This document shows positions 38,251 through 55,068 of a stretch of DNA of 64,000 bases, piece after piece (within the stretch, counting starts at the first letter, position 1; every line of letters begins with the position of its first letter). Origin of the DNA: Eledone cirrhosa (taxonomy: Eukaryota). The notes below the pieces were generated by a model. It had not been told where the DNA came from and searched no databases. It saw only the letters and a list, made by a program, of their open reading frames with translations. The stretch spans positions 37,324,001-37,388,000 of the forward strand of contig OZ024743.1 of the NCBI GenBank assembly GCA_964016885.1, in the 5' to 3' direction. A program made the position numbers and the translations under genes.

Positions 38251-39554
38251 GTACGCACACTATATTGTTATTAGTTGTTTGTACCCATGGTCCTCACAAT
38301 AACAGTCAATACAATAACTACTCGATTTACTAATCATATGGTAAATGTCTTGCAGAATTTAGGTTACCACCCAGTCATTGAAAATATAGTCCTGAAAATA
38401 TGACTGAGTGGTCGCAGTTGGAACGTTTTGATTATAGATCTGCTCAGTCAGAAACCAACTTGTTAAATAACAGCTTAGATGAAGAATGAACCGGGGAAAC
38501 AGCTTTATTGATGTCTAAGTCATCCATTTTCTACCATTTTTTTTTATTGTTTACTCAGGAAGGGAAGGTCGATGCCTATGACTCATTCCAGAGCCTCCAA
38601 GATTTGCAGTAACTGAAACCGAATGCTTACAACGGTGTTAACTCTATTAAAGGCTACAAGGGGCACATGGTGGTATTAAACTGGGTGACAAATTCAGTTT
38701 TACTACCCCAAAACGCCACAGTGGAATTAGAACTTAGAACGGAAAGAGCTGGAACAATGCCCTGCCAATACCGATCTCTGAAAGGATTATATGCAAAGTT
38801 GTCAAATGTAGGTCTCTAACTCAGAGCTCACAGATACGGAATAGATAAGGAAAGGACCCCCACCACCCCTTCCGGCTATGAGTTTCTCCTCTTGACCTAA
38901 TGACCATGGGTTTGTTTATTCGAGGTATGTCTGGTTTTATGGAGGTCCAGCAGTTGCCCATGCATGCCTTACCTCTACGAAACTGATGTTGTTTCCGAGA
39001 AAGGCAAAGGCCGATAAACTTGTATCCGTCTTGTCAACACATTTTTGTCTATGTGAGTGAACTGGGCCAACATGACATAAAGTGCCTTTTCAAGAAAATA
39101 ACGTGCCGAACAGTCCAGGATTTGGACTCTATGACATTACGTTCCTAACAGCTAAGCCACGAACCTATATATCTGTTTCTTATATAGGCATGAAGAAAAT
39201 TATATCTAACTGAGTACTTTACTGGTATATTAGTTTATCGACAGCAAAAGGATGAAAGGCAAAGCTAACATAAGCAAGAATTGAGCTCAGAGCGTAGAAG
39301 CTGGAAACTAAATGCTGAAAACCATTATGCTCTATGGACATGATGTTTTGTCTAGTTTTCTGCAGGTTAAACATCATGGAACTGATGTGAAGTAATTTGA
39401 TACAATTTCGATGCAAAACTGTACTAAATTATCTGGAATTTCCACCTTTATTTCGCAATTTTTTCACTCGATTATACCAATACTTACAGAGTTCAAGAAT
39501 GCTAATTCCTTTTATACAACGCTGTCTGCTCCATTCATTCATTCATTCATTCAC

Positions 39555-39606
<52 letters not shown>

Positions 39607-40249
39607 TTTCTTTCTGATTTCTTCTTCATTTGCATATAACTTTCGATTGCGTGTCGCACATCGCAGCCAAAATGTCTAGTACCATTAACTTGAGATGCTA
39701 AATAAATGTTAGTGAAAAGACAAATTTCGGATTATAAATTTACAGTATAATAAAAATTATAAACAACAACAACAAACACAACAGCAACAACAACCGCAAC
39801 AACATGAACAAGCACAAAACAATAATAACAAACACAAATTGAAAACTGAATTTAATTATTACTTAGTTCTCATTGGACAATATGACGTAATGTACGATAT
39901 TTATTATGGCAGTTTTCTTTTCTGCCATTATTATTACGGTGTTGTTTTAGTTAAGAATTTATTGTTTTTTTTCAATGAAATTTACATACCATTTCTTTTT
40001 CGAGAAACTATTCAGACTAGAAGGTTCCAGGTTTGGTAGATCATAAACTATTCATTGATGTCTGACATTTACTAAATTACTCATTGCACCGTTTGTAACA
40101 GCACTATTATATTATAAAATATTTCAGCATATTAAAATCTGTGTGAGCATGAGTGTGTGTGCGTGTGTTTAAGCACGAATAGATACAAACACACACACAC
40201 ACGCAAATATTTGGGTGTATAAATACATATACTCCCCCCCCCCCATATA

Positions 40250-40280
<31 letters not shown>

Positions 40281-40287
<7 letters not shown>

Positions 40288-40505
40288 GTGTAAGTCAAAC
40301 ATGTTAAAGTTGGCTTCGTTTATTCCAATAATGGCTGTCACTGAAATATGTATAACAGCGAATTGGAATAAACGAAGCCAAGTTTAACATGTTAGACTTA
40401 CACTTATTATTTTACATTACTCCGGAGTGAACAAACCAACCTGTGCACTTCGTTGAGTGCTCCTACCTGCATACTGAGGTGTCGGTAAAGAACCAACACA
40501 TACTC
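40281..40505 (+). mobile_element. Short PLE-terminus-like element with ~49 bp inverted repeat (family D)
   Basis: 40281-40329 is inverted to 40362-40410. Homologous to parts of 44350-44775. Confidence 0.6.
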
Positions 40506-41138
40506 AAAGTTTATCTGTATATATATAAATCTGTAGTTTTCTGTATGTATGTGTATATGTGTGTGGACAATTTTTAATGAGGGCTCATATATAAACCATT
40601 CATGCGATTTCTTTGAAATTTTTTACAGAGCTTCTCCTTGAACAAAACCTGTACATGATCTACAAATGCTTTCAAAAATCGATATTGGGGCCTTTGGAGA
40701 CATTACAAAATTTCGGTTATTTGTGTGAATTTTCGTGATTAAGTATGACAAGAGTTATCTTTCGTAATCAAGAGTTATCTTTCCTAATTCCGCTCATTCG
40801 GATTTTAATTTACTCTTTGTACTTGAAAGAAAGAGACTAACAATATTATTTTGTATATTTCACAACCTGTAATTTCTAACAGATTAATAAGTTAAGTTAT
40901 AGATTTGACATTGTATAATTTATCGTTTCAAGCCTGATGTTCATACATTAAATGATGTCATAACTTTTACAATATTATGCTTAAATTTATCTAAAATTAT
41001 TTCGCTGGAATAGTGCCTAAGGTTTTCATGTTTACATAAAGTACGTTTTTCTTCTATGTATTCACATTTACTTTGTTTAGTTTAATGAGCTACACCGAAA
41101 GCTACTTGAACCGTCCAAAGGACGGGTAGTTTAGCTAG

Positions 41139-41273
<135 letters not shown>

Positions 41274-41399
41274 GCTGGGTAGTACAATTCTTTGAGAACA
41301 TTTGCATGAATTAAGTAAAAGATTTATAAGTAATAATAGAAGGGCTTTATTTAAGAAGAAATTGTCATGGATAATCTCGAGACACTTTTTGACGCATCT

Positions 41400-42200
41400 A
41401 TGCAATGCATTTGCAATTAGTATCCACGAATGCTTCGATACAAGGTTTGAAACGATGACATAACCGAATGAGTTGATCTATATTTTGGACATGGTGAACT
41501 TCAGAGATTTTAAAGTGTTATGGGGCGTTGAATGAATACCCTCTCGGCTTCGCCTGTACGCAGTAGTCCAACGGATTCTAGTCTGGAGAGCTAAGAGGTC
41601 ACATGTTTGGAGTGACGTGGAGATTGTAACATCCATTCTTGGGTCGTCTTGGTTTTCTGAGACTGCGCAGAGATTTGATGGTAGATGTGCAGTTATTATT
41701 TGCTCACACATTCTACAGTTAGCAGCATTGACCCATAAACCCCTAGGAAAGATATAAGGAGGCATTACATCTCCATCATTGATCACGTCTCCCAGAACCT
41801 TTATAGTTGCTGGAAACGTTCAGTGTATGACATTTGAAACATATTTAGGATCTTAGCATAACCACCTGTCATTCCTTGGTTGACCTTTTGGTCCTGATCA
41901 AAGTTTTTCTTATCAGAAAACCAAAGCATTCTGGGTTCTTGGTGATTCAACTTTGACAACAAGCGCTTTGCGTGGTTCAGATGCGTATATTTTGTTTTTG
42001 CAGATATGAATTGGTCTCTCGGCATCACATATAACTTGTATTGGAGGTTCTCATGCATAATTCTCCCGAAATCTTCTTGAAATCTTGAAGTCCTAATTTA
42101 CTTTCTGGGATTCTTATCGATAGTTTTATGAATACATTGCGGTGTTTTGCATAAGAATTGTATTTCTGAAGTCGGAATGTCATGTGCTATGTCATGGTAT
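41400..42200 (-). mobile_element. Degenerate Tc1/mariner transposase, DD37D/maT-like
   Basis: LWFSDKKNFDQDQKVN, GDVMPPYIFPRGL, and PNM*PLSSPD*NPLDYCV (compare WPPSSPDLNPLDY). Confidence 0.8.
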
Positions 42201-42425
42201 CATGACGTAAGCACCTCACCACAGAAAAACAGATCATGCCTATTGCGTAATTAAAAAATTGTGAAATCTAACCTTCATGCTGTATTATTGATGCATTTAA
42301 ATCCGTCATACACATGACGTCGAGCGCTCCTTCCATATTACACTACTGGTGTCTTAATCACAGCACCTGCAACCAATTAGGAAACACCCTATAACACACA
42401 TATATGTACACACATACACATACGC

Positions 42426-42532
<107 letters not shown>

Positions 42533-42659
42533 GACAGACACACACACACACATTCACACACATATATATGAATTAAATAGTGAGAATAGCACTGTTTGGT
42601 TACTAATAAATATTATTTAGAAAACGTTTCCTAAATAATATTTCTAGAAAATTTCCCTT

Positions 42660-42895
42660 AGAAGCACAAGTCGGAATAAGGTTGTTTGTGTAAGACCAGC
42701 AGTCACCCATGCATACCAGACTCCCCTCTAAACACCACCGATGTTGTCCAAGGGAAAGGCAATGGCCGATACAGTTTGACACAAGGGACGTCGCAACTTA
42801 TTTCTACAGCTGAGTAAACTGGAGCAAGGTGAAATAAAGCGTCTTGCTCAAGGTCAAAATGCATCACCCGATCCGAAAATCGAACTCACAACCTC
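42660..42895 (-). mobile_element. Family-2 CORE-type SINE
   Basis: tttctacagctgagtaaactggagcaaggtgaaataaagcgtcttgctcaagg...atcgaactcacaacc. Confidence 0.75.
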
Positions 42896-42931
<36 letters not shown>

Positions 42932-43301
42932 CGCACACACATATATATATATATAAATATATGTATGTGTGTGTGTGTCTCTCTGTGTGTGTGTATGCGT
43001 GTCTGCGTGTCTGTGTATCTAAATGTGTATGTACACATATATATATATATATACACATACACATTTAATATACCTACAATCGATCATCTAAGGTATGAAA
43101 AGTTTTATTCAATCTAAGATTGTGCAGCAAGTTAAACCTTTCAATCAATACACGTCTATATTATCCCACACGGAAACATATTACGCAGACGCACACCTCC
43201 GAATATATATATATACAATGCATATATATATATGTATCTACCTATATAAATATATATATACAAAACATATATATACAAATATATGTATGTATATATATAC
43301 A

Positions 43302-43356
<55 letters not shown>

Positions 43357-43389
43357 CACACATATATATATAAATACACACACACACAC

Positions 43390-43474
<85 letters not shown>

Positions 43475-44051
43475 TATATATACAAACATATGTATATGTC
43501 TATATATATAATATAAACACCCAAACACACACACTCACACTCACTCACATAAATATCAAGAATTTGTTGACGTAAATTCTTTGCAAGGGTTTAAAATATA
43601 TACATGTTTATTTAGTTATATGTATTCAAAGGAAACCGTTTATTGCAATAATATTCTGGAAGCACTTTAGTCGACATCACCAATAAAAGGCTCCACGTAA
43701 AAAAATTTGGACTAAACTTAAATGGCATTATTAAAAGAAAACCAATACAATATATAACGAAATTGTTCAATTCAATTTAAGCCAGAGCAACTCACATAAG
43801 AGCCGAGATGATGCATATTTTATATGCTTTCAGATTTGCACTTTTCAAACATTCCCCATTCTCGCAAACACGCACACACCCACACACATACATACACACA
43901 TACATACATATACACCCCCCCCCACACACTTACACCCAGGCACACGTGTGTGTGTAAACTTTCAACTAATAGAAAGAAGTGAATGCGGTGAGTAGAGCCA
44001 GATACAGATACATAATACTTAAGTCATACAAATTTGCAACGTAAGTTTAAT

Positions 44052-44165
<114 letters not shown>

Positions 44166-44292
44166 ATTTATATATATATAGTAATAATAATAAATTTGAA
44201 GACTAAAATCCAAAGAGGGCTCGATAAGGATAAATATATATCAAATATACAAGAACCGTAGAGCAAATATTTATTAAAATAACAGATTAAAG

Positions 44293-44349
<57 letters not shown>

Positions 44350-44772
44350 GTGAGAATGTGTTGGGGTCAATCACCGACACTTCAGGTTAAAGCACTCAAC
44401 GAAGTGAGTAGGTGAGTCTGTTTACTCCGGAATATTTTAAAAACAAGGAGTGTACGTCAACAGGTTGGTACTGGAGTGGTAAGATAGTATCTGACCAATG
44501 AGAGGGAAGGATATTCTTCGGATGATTGAATTCATTCTAAATTTTATGCCACCAGCTCTTTGAGAAAAAACACCGCACTTCGGAAATGAGCATATCAAAG
44601 GACCGAAATAACGGAGGTAAACTTTGTTCCATCATTATGTTTTCTGTTCTTTCTATTCAAGATTTAGCTCCTGATGAGGTCATAGCTGTTGAATAATTGT
44701 TATCACCGAAATATATATTGCAGCGAATATGAATAAATGAAGTTTATTTTAACCTGGTGACTTACACTTCTT

Positions 44773-44776
<4 letters not shown>
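44350..44776 (+). mobile_element. PLE-terminus-like element family D with hammerhead-like motif (44666-44724)
   Basis: CTGATGA-ggtcatagc...gttatcacc-GAAA-tatata-TT followed by AATAAA. Inverted terminal segment at 44350-44465. Flanked by (TA)n. Confidence 0.55.
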
Positions 44777-44857
<81 letters not shown>

Positions 44858-45106
44858 TTGTCAGAATTCGGTTTGTACTTTTTCTTAATTTATTCTTTTA
44901 ATTGAGTCTGGCAGACCGCATTGTTCATAGTTAGTATTCCATTCACCCTAGAGAATCTGGTCTCTTATAATTTGAACACATATATATATATATATCTGTG
45001 TTTATCTCTCTTTATTATATTAAATTATATTACACGGCCCGGAAATTTGTTTTCCCTGAGCTATTTTAATTGTAAGAGACTACTTTGAGTTTCTAACTCA
45101 ATATAT

Positions 45107-45166
<60 letters not shown>

Positions 45167-45167
<1 letters not shown>

Positions 45168-45360
45168 CGAAGGAAATGTGGTAAGGAACCAGATGGACCA
45201 TAACGCACCAAAGTACTCAATACTTAGGGTAGTAGAGTGGGTAATAGGAACGAGTAGGACCCCGACGGCTGAGCTTAAGCCGTTTCGACGGCTAATTCTG
45301 GACCAAGAATTAGCCGTCTAAACGGCTTGAGCTCAGCCGTCGGGGTCCTACTCGTTCCTA
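45167..45360 (-). mobile_element. Short PLE-terminus-like element with ~55 bp perfect-type hairpin
   Basis: 45248-45300 is inverted to 45306-45360. The end aacgaagga...ggaaccagatggacca recurs at 50170-50204. Lies in (TA)n. Confidence 0.55.
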
Positions 45361-45379
45361 TATATATATATATATATAT

Positions 45380-47703
<2,324 letters not shown>

Positions 47704-47711
47704 TTTATATA

Positions 47712-48330
47712 TATATATCATATTTGCAACAACACAGCTCGCCTTGTTAATTCATATATGCATTCCCCTTCGCTGTGACCTGTCTTTTTCTCTTTCCTTA
47801 CTGCTATCCTCTTTCTCTCCCCACCTTCTCTCTCCTTCTTCCTCTTACTTTCACGTACCCCTCTGCTAGTCCCTCTCTCTCGGCTAGCTTCTTCCTCACA
47901 CTTTCACTCACTCACACTCTGCTACTCACCCTCTCTCTCACTCCTCCATCGTCCCACACCGGACGAAATACGTTCCTCGCTCATATTCGCACGGCCAAGA
48001 TGTGTATTTGCCTTCTCCTCAATATTCGCTCGTTCTTATGTTCAAAATGAATCATTGACTTGATTTTCTCATTTTTTGCTCTCTTTACGTTGCCTCACCA
48101 TTCGTGTTTGTTTACCTGTCTCTCTTTCTCCACCCAACTCTTTTTATTCCAATAAGTTAATTTAGTTATTGTATTGCTCTAGCCGGAGGTATATGGTCTG
48201 TAATGCGAAGAAATACCTATGATGGCTAGTAGAACACTGATGACGGATAGTCCTGGCGCCTGGCTTCTATTTCTAATTCTTCATTTATTATATATATCAT
48301 ATTTGCAACAATACAGCTCGCCATTTTTCA

Positions 48331-48337
<7 letters not shown>
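47712..48337 (+). mobile_element. Short element with ~45 bp direct terminal repeats and partial hammerhead core
   Basis: tatcatatttgcaacaaYacagctcgcc occurs at ~47715 and ~48295. CTGATGA-cggatagtcc at ~48237 has no GAAA after it. Confidence 0.45.
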
Positions 48338-48387
<50 letters not shown>

Positions 48388-48391
<4 letters not shown>

Positions 48392-49150
48392 TTAATATAG
48401 ATGAGATTCTACAGGACTAGAACTGTTTCATTCTTTAGAAATCATCAGGAATCTGGGTATCAAAAAATAAATATGGTATTTATAGGTCTCTACAAGTGGT
48501 AGGAGAGGGTGGGGAGTGGGATGGGTGTAGGTCATTGGTTGATAGAAAAGGGAATTCATTAAAAGCTAATTCTACAAAGCTATAGTTTATTTTTAATTTT
48601 TGTTTTTAGAGTAACAAAGGCAGACAGAATTCTATAAACAGGTTCCGGATGGCATACCATTCCTTGTCATTAAGTTTCTCTTAAGCTAACAGATGTCTAT
48701 AAGATCAGTGGGGGGTCAGTCATGGTAGATAGAATTAAAGGAAAGGGAGATTATATATATATATATATAAGCGGATTGCTACTTCTTGACAGAAGAGTAC
48801 TACCCCTTCATGGTACATTGCCCGATCAATTGCGCGCAGCTGAAATTCAGACCCGCTTTTGTTTTGCAGATACGTTCACAGCCGTGTCACTTGAATTGTC
48901 TGTCTCCTAGCAATACCGGGTGGGGTGTGTCTTCATGCATATGAGCATATCTAGTCAGTCTAGCAGCTGAGTTGCAAATTAAGCCACGCTCACTGTAATT
49001 GTAATGTGGAGTGTGTGGTGATAGAACCATCTCTGGTGGTTCGATTTTTCCCTGGATCATATGGTCGTAGAAGGTTAACAAAACCACCCTCATTATTTAC
49101 TAACCAGAATCACCAGTTTCCGCATTGGCCAATGACGTAATATAAATGCA
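48388..49150 (-). mobile_element. PLE-terminus-like element with hammerhead-like motif (paralog 50015-50140 +)
   Basis: The minus strand reads gattcCTGATGAtttctaaagaatGAAACagttctaGTCctgtagaatc. The same 3' half occurs at 50030-50060. Confidence 0.45.
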
Positions 49151-49195
<45 letters not shown>

Positions 49196-49657
49196 TAAAG
49201 AGAGATAGAGAGAGAAAGAGGGAGAGATAATATGTGCGTATTGAATATAGTATCAGCAGTAAATACAAACAGTTCTATAACAGGAACAGATAAATGCGTC
49301 GTTACCTCGCCAGCCGAATTACTGGTAATGCATATTCACGCATTCAGGTGGATTTACACGTGATGGAAGAGAGACGATAATAAAACAAAGAATAGACAGG
49401 GGAAATGTACGGGTGATTTTTCGACTAGAGAATATGCTTGCGTAAATCTTTACCACTAGAATTGAATGAACACCAGACTGTTCAACAGTCGCAAGAGAAA
49501 GGGAAAATTTGATTTCGTCAATGAAATTCGGAGAGAAGAAATTATGCCCACTACTTTACAGTTCTATCGGCTAAAAGACCAAATCAATGGCCTGGCATTA
49601 GGAAGTAGTAGTAGTAGTAGACAGAAGACACGTAGTGAAGTAGATGATATATGTATG

Positions 49658-49723
<66 letters not shown>

Positions 49724-49727
<4 letters not shown>

Positions 49728-49960
49728 TGGCTTAGTGGTTAGAGCATTGGACTTGCAATCGAAAGGTTGTGAGTTCAATTCTCGGACAGGGTGATGTGTT
49801 GTTTCCTTGAGCAAAACACTTTATTTCACGTTGCTCCAGTTTACTCAGCTGTAGAAATGAGATGATAGGACTGGGGTCCCTATCATTAAATCACCCAAGA
49901 CACCTCCAACGAGATATACCTTGGAGCAGGCCAGCTAAACCTGCATAGGTGTGAGCTGTA
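49724..49960 (+). mobile_element. Family-2 CORE-type SINE
   Basis: Close match to 12947-13185. Confidence 0.85.
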
Positions 49961-50203
49961 ACAACAACAACATACACACACGCACGCACACACAGACAGA
50001 AAGATACACACACTCACGATGATTTATCCCGAATGAAACAGTTCTAGTCCTGTAGAAGCCATTTCTATATTAAATATTTATACTCTGCTCTGTATTGAGT
50101 ACCTTACTTACTGTGGTTACTCCCGATTGAACCCGGGATAAATATATATATATATATATATATTTATATAACGAAGGAAGAGTGGTATGGAACCAGATGG
50201 ACC

Positions 50204-50244
<41 letters not shown>

Positions 50245-50511
50245 TATATACATGATAGGAATTGTCCTGTGTCAATATTCTGGACTGAAGGATTTTGAAA
50301 ATATTATTTAATATTATATTGATTTCTTTTAATTATGTGAATTAGTTTTACTGGAAATCTTTTCATATAGACTTTCCATTTTATTGCTGATGTTGATACT
50401 AAAGTGGTTCCATAATATTATAAAAATCAATGATTTCCTATGAATATAAATATACATATAAATGTATTTATTCATCAGCCTCTTGCAAATTATGCAAGTC
50501 AACAATTAAAG

Positions 50512-50545
<34 letters not shown>

Positions 50546-50750
50546 GGCAAAATACGTTTAATTTTGATAGAAGTCTTCCCCTTGTGGTCCGACTCCAAAC
50601 CATTTACATTTGCAAAATTTCGTAACATTCCATGACAGTGAAATTCATAGCTCCTCAAATGTGCGGAAGCATTGACAGTTGAAATCACATGATATATATG
50701 TGAATGTATATAAGTATATTAAGTATATTAAGTATATTAAGTATATTAAG

Positions 50751-50849
<99 letters not shown>

Positions 50850-50864
50850 ATATATATATATGTA

Positions 50865-50894
<30 letters not shown>

Positions 50895-50896
<2 letters not shown>

Positions 50897-51262
50897 AATG
50901 TTTTTAATTAAACATACAGTATATTGCTAATATACTATACATACATTCATGTATACATCGCTATTTCAGAGCACCAATACTAATACCTAATTTTTGCTGG
51001 ACTGACAATCGCTCTGTATAATCAGCTCCTGATTATTACTGGAATTCTATAAGAATCCAGCTTTTATAATTTTCGGCGAAAGCATGGGAGTACGTGGCTC
51101 TGATGAACGCCAACCAGAGTAAACAGACTGCCAGCTTCTCTTCCTTTTTTTGCCGAAAAGAAGTAAGTGACATAATCACTACTTTAAAACTGATAGCGTA
51201 TGGTCTTCTAAATGTTTTTAATTAAACATACAGTATATTGCCAAATATACTATACACACATT
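50895..51262 (+). mobile_element. Short element with ~50 bp direct terminal repeats and degenerate hammerhead core
   Basis: taaatgtttttaattaaacatacagtatattgc occurs at ~50895 and ~51209. gctCTGATGA...taaacagactgccagc lies at ~51097-51135. Confidence 0.45.
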
Positions 51263-51312
<50 letters not shown>

Positions 51313-52007
51313 GTTCAAGAGTAAAGAATCTTAAAGAGAGAAATGGAGATAAGAGAGGGGATAGGAGAGGAGAAGAGATATTGGTGAATTAGTTAGAAGC
51401 CAAAGCGTAAATACATGCGCTCAATGTGCAATATGCAGTGGAAGGTAGTTAGGTGGCTGAGGTTAGGTGCACAGAGCTGGAAATATTCATTAGTTAAGCA
51501 AAACAAGACCACAAATTTCACAAGGAAGACATTATTAAAAGATTGTCAACATAGTTTTAGTTTAATGTAAGGAATGTAGAAACATTATATGAAGTAGCGA
51601 AACAATTGTAAACGGACATTATTAATATTGTTATTATTATTATTTTCTATATTCCTTACATTAAACTAAAACTATATTGACGATCTTTTAATAATGTCTT
51701 CCTTGTGAAATTTGTAGTCTTGTTTTGCTTAACTAATGAATATATATATATATATATATATATAAATCAAGAAAGAAGAGTGACATGGTTTGCTATACAA
51801 TAAGGGCTTTATTCACATATTCACATTGCTGACAATTGTTTCTCTGAACTGGTAGGTCTAGAGATCGCTACCCGCCTGTTTTTGCGTCAATCGATCACCA
51901 ATACTTTGTTATAACCAGGTCTATTCATCAGAGCATGCGAGAATGAAGGAAATACACAGGCATGGCTTCTATATATAGTAGTGGCATTAAATCAGAACAA
52001 TAATAAC

Positions 52008-52188
52008 TGTTTCTACTTTCGGCACAAGGCCAGCAATTAGCCAGTGCATTACTGGTACTTTATTTTATCGACCCCGTAAGGATGAAAGGCAAAGTCAACC
52101 TCGGCGGGATTTGAACTCAGATCGTAAAGGGGCGTAACTATGCTGGGAAGCATGGCGTCCGACCCTCTACCGATACTGTCAATCCACA
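52008..52188 (-). mobile_element. Family-1 SINE inserted in the left inverted pLTR, TSD caataataac
   Basis: Absent from the right arm. caataataac is duplicated on both sides. Confidence 0.88.
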
Positions 52189-54960
52189 ATAATAACGATA
52201 CTCAAATAAATTAGCTAGTAAATAGTTAAAATAATCACAACATTAATCTAAGTAAGAAATAGAGTATACTGATGACTTTAGCATGTAAAACGACCCGATA
52301 CGAAACATATATATGAAATTGACATGTAAAAGCTGTCATGGGGTATCTTATATATAGTGTAGAGATAACCTGGGGCTTGAAATAATGGACCATTTACTTT
52401 ACTGTAGGTTTGCTGACCGTAAGATTTATTTATTATCTGACAGATAAAATATTTTCATTGTAGTGAGGATGGTAATCTTTATGTGGTGTAAAGCGGGTTC
52501 CTTATTTAAGAGGTCTATATTAGATGAAGGGATTGTTAGTTCGAATCATGGGGGTTGTTTAGCATCCATATCCTCAGCCATCCTAGATAAAGCGCTTATA
52601 TTTGCCCAAAATAACTCCGATACCCCTGATGAAATTGAAATAATTCTAGCTGCTAGAAGGACTATCATAAAATTTGAAAATAACTATTGGGTAAGAAAAG
52701 ATAGGATAAACAGATTCGATATCACAATGGGATCGAACGATTCAACGCAAATCACTGACGTCGTGGGGTTATTTATAGCACATAACCTACATAAAGAATT
52801 CAGTAACCTCCAAGGAGGGATTTATAGGGATGACACGCTCCTTATAGCTAGGAACTTAAATAACTAGAGCATAGAAAGATTAAGAAAAAACATTAGAACA
52901 TTCGTCAAAAAACTAGGCCTAAGTATTACCTACGAACTGAATCATAAAAAGGCAAACTTTCTAGATGTGACTCTATATCTAAATACGGGATTAATAGAAC
53001 CATTCCTCAAAAATAATGAAAATCTGGCCTACATTAGTTATAACTCAAACCACCCCAACCCATAATAAGATCCATAGCACGTAGTATATCCCTTAGAATA
53101 TCTCGCTTATCCTCAAACCTAAACATTTTTAATGAGCATGCTGACTATTATGACGCGGCATTACATAGGGCCGGACACAAAGAAAAGCTACAGTTTATAA
53201 CGGATAAGGACAACTCAAACAAATCCACTAACACTGGCACCAACCGCTCACACACAAATAGAAGTAGCCGGACTAGACATAGAGGTAGACAAATATCACC
53301 TAGGGTAGGTGGTCCAAACACGAATAATGTAAACCCTAGAAACTATAGAAGAATTAGAGAAAGAAAATACCTGTGGTTTAATCCAATCTTCAAATCCTCT
53401 GTAAAAATTAGACTGCCTTCTACATTTTTTAAACTAATAGATAAGCACTTCCCTATATCACATAGATATCATAAAATCCTCAATAGAAAAACTATAAAAC
53501 TCTCATACTCTACGGCTGCAAATATAGAATCCCACATACGCAAGATCAACCACAGAAATACCTCTAGGGAAACCACCCCACCAATGCGCAACAAAGCACT
53601 AAATTCTAAATATAAACACATCACCGTATCACAACCGAAAACGCATAAGAGCGCGCCGCAGCAAAACTTCAACGGGCATGAATCACAACCCACTTATAGC
53701 AGTGTACAAAACAGCAGTGTAGAAGCTGCACAGAATAACACTTCAAACTGCAATTGTCACCTACCAGATAGGTGCTCATTGGCGAACAGGTGCCTTGATT
53801 CGAGCCTAGTGTACAGGTGTACGGTGAACTCGGGAAAGTCCACTTGGCATTACATTGGATCCACCGCGGGTACGTTTAAAAAAAGATGGTATGTGCACAG
53901 ACATTCGATGAAGAACCGTGCACTAATAGGTTCTACAACCCTCGCCCACAAAATCTGGGAAATTAAGGACAAAAACATCGACTATAATATCAACTGGTCG
54001 AGGTTGTCGGCCGCAAGGGCAAACAGTACCGTTATGTCCTATTGTAGGCCCTGCGACCTTGAATTACTGTATATCCTTAGGAACGATAAAAGGCTACTCA
54101 ACAACAAAATAGAAAGGTCAATTTTCTGCAGACACAGGATCGCTACTAAATTCACAAGACTTAGCATTCAACATATGAAATCCGCACTCTCGCACAGACC
54201 ACCACAGAACTATAATATTCTTTAAACAGCTTCTAGCCTCCTTAATTCCATAACACAGTCATGTCTGCAAACATCTTATCAACCCATAAATATATCTCTT
54301 CTCGGCTGCTGTCAACACCACCTCCTCACATTATTTGAATACTACCACAGTCCTTGAACTATCACCTTCCTCCTGTTGTTATAATGAACACCCCAATGTA
54401 TCCGTAATAGTATTCATCATGTTCTCTCTATATATACCTTGCTTTCTTAACCTCTGTATTACCTTATTACCTATATTATTGCTGTCTTATTCATGCATGA
54501 TTTGTTATTGGACCTGCGAAAGCTAAACAACCCCATGATTCGAACTAACAATCCCTTCATCTAATATAGACCACTTAAATAAGAAATCCGCTTTACACCA
54601 CATAAAGATTACCATCCTCACTACAATGAAAATATTTTATCTGTCAGATAATAAATAAATCTTACGGTCAGCAAACCTACAGTAAAGTCCATTATTTCAA
54701 GCCCCCAGGTTATCTCTACACTATATATAATATACCCCATGAAAGTTTTTACATGTCAATTTAATACATCTGCTTCGTATCAGCTCGTTTTACATGCTAA
54801 AGTCATCAGTATACTATATTTCTTACTTAGATTAATGCTGTGATTATTTTAACTATTTACTATTTACTAGCTAATTTATTTGAGTATCGTTATTATTGTT
54901 CTGATTTAAAACCACTACTATATATAGAAGCCATGCCTGTGTATTTCCCTCATTCTCGCA

Positions 54961-55068
54961 TGCTCTGATGAATAGACTGGTTATAACAAAGTATTGGTGA
55001 TCGATTGACGCAAAAACAGGCGGGTAGCGATCTCTAGACCTACCAGTTCAGAGAAACAATTGTCAGCA
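54961..55068 (+). ncRNA. Hammerhead ribozyme with ~80 nt stem II insert (antisense copy 51827-51935)
   Basis: TGCT-CTGATGA-[81 nt]-GAAAC-AATT-GTC-AGCA, then AATAAA. Confidence 0.65.
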
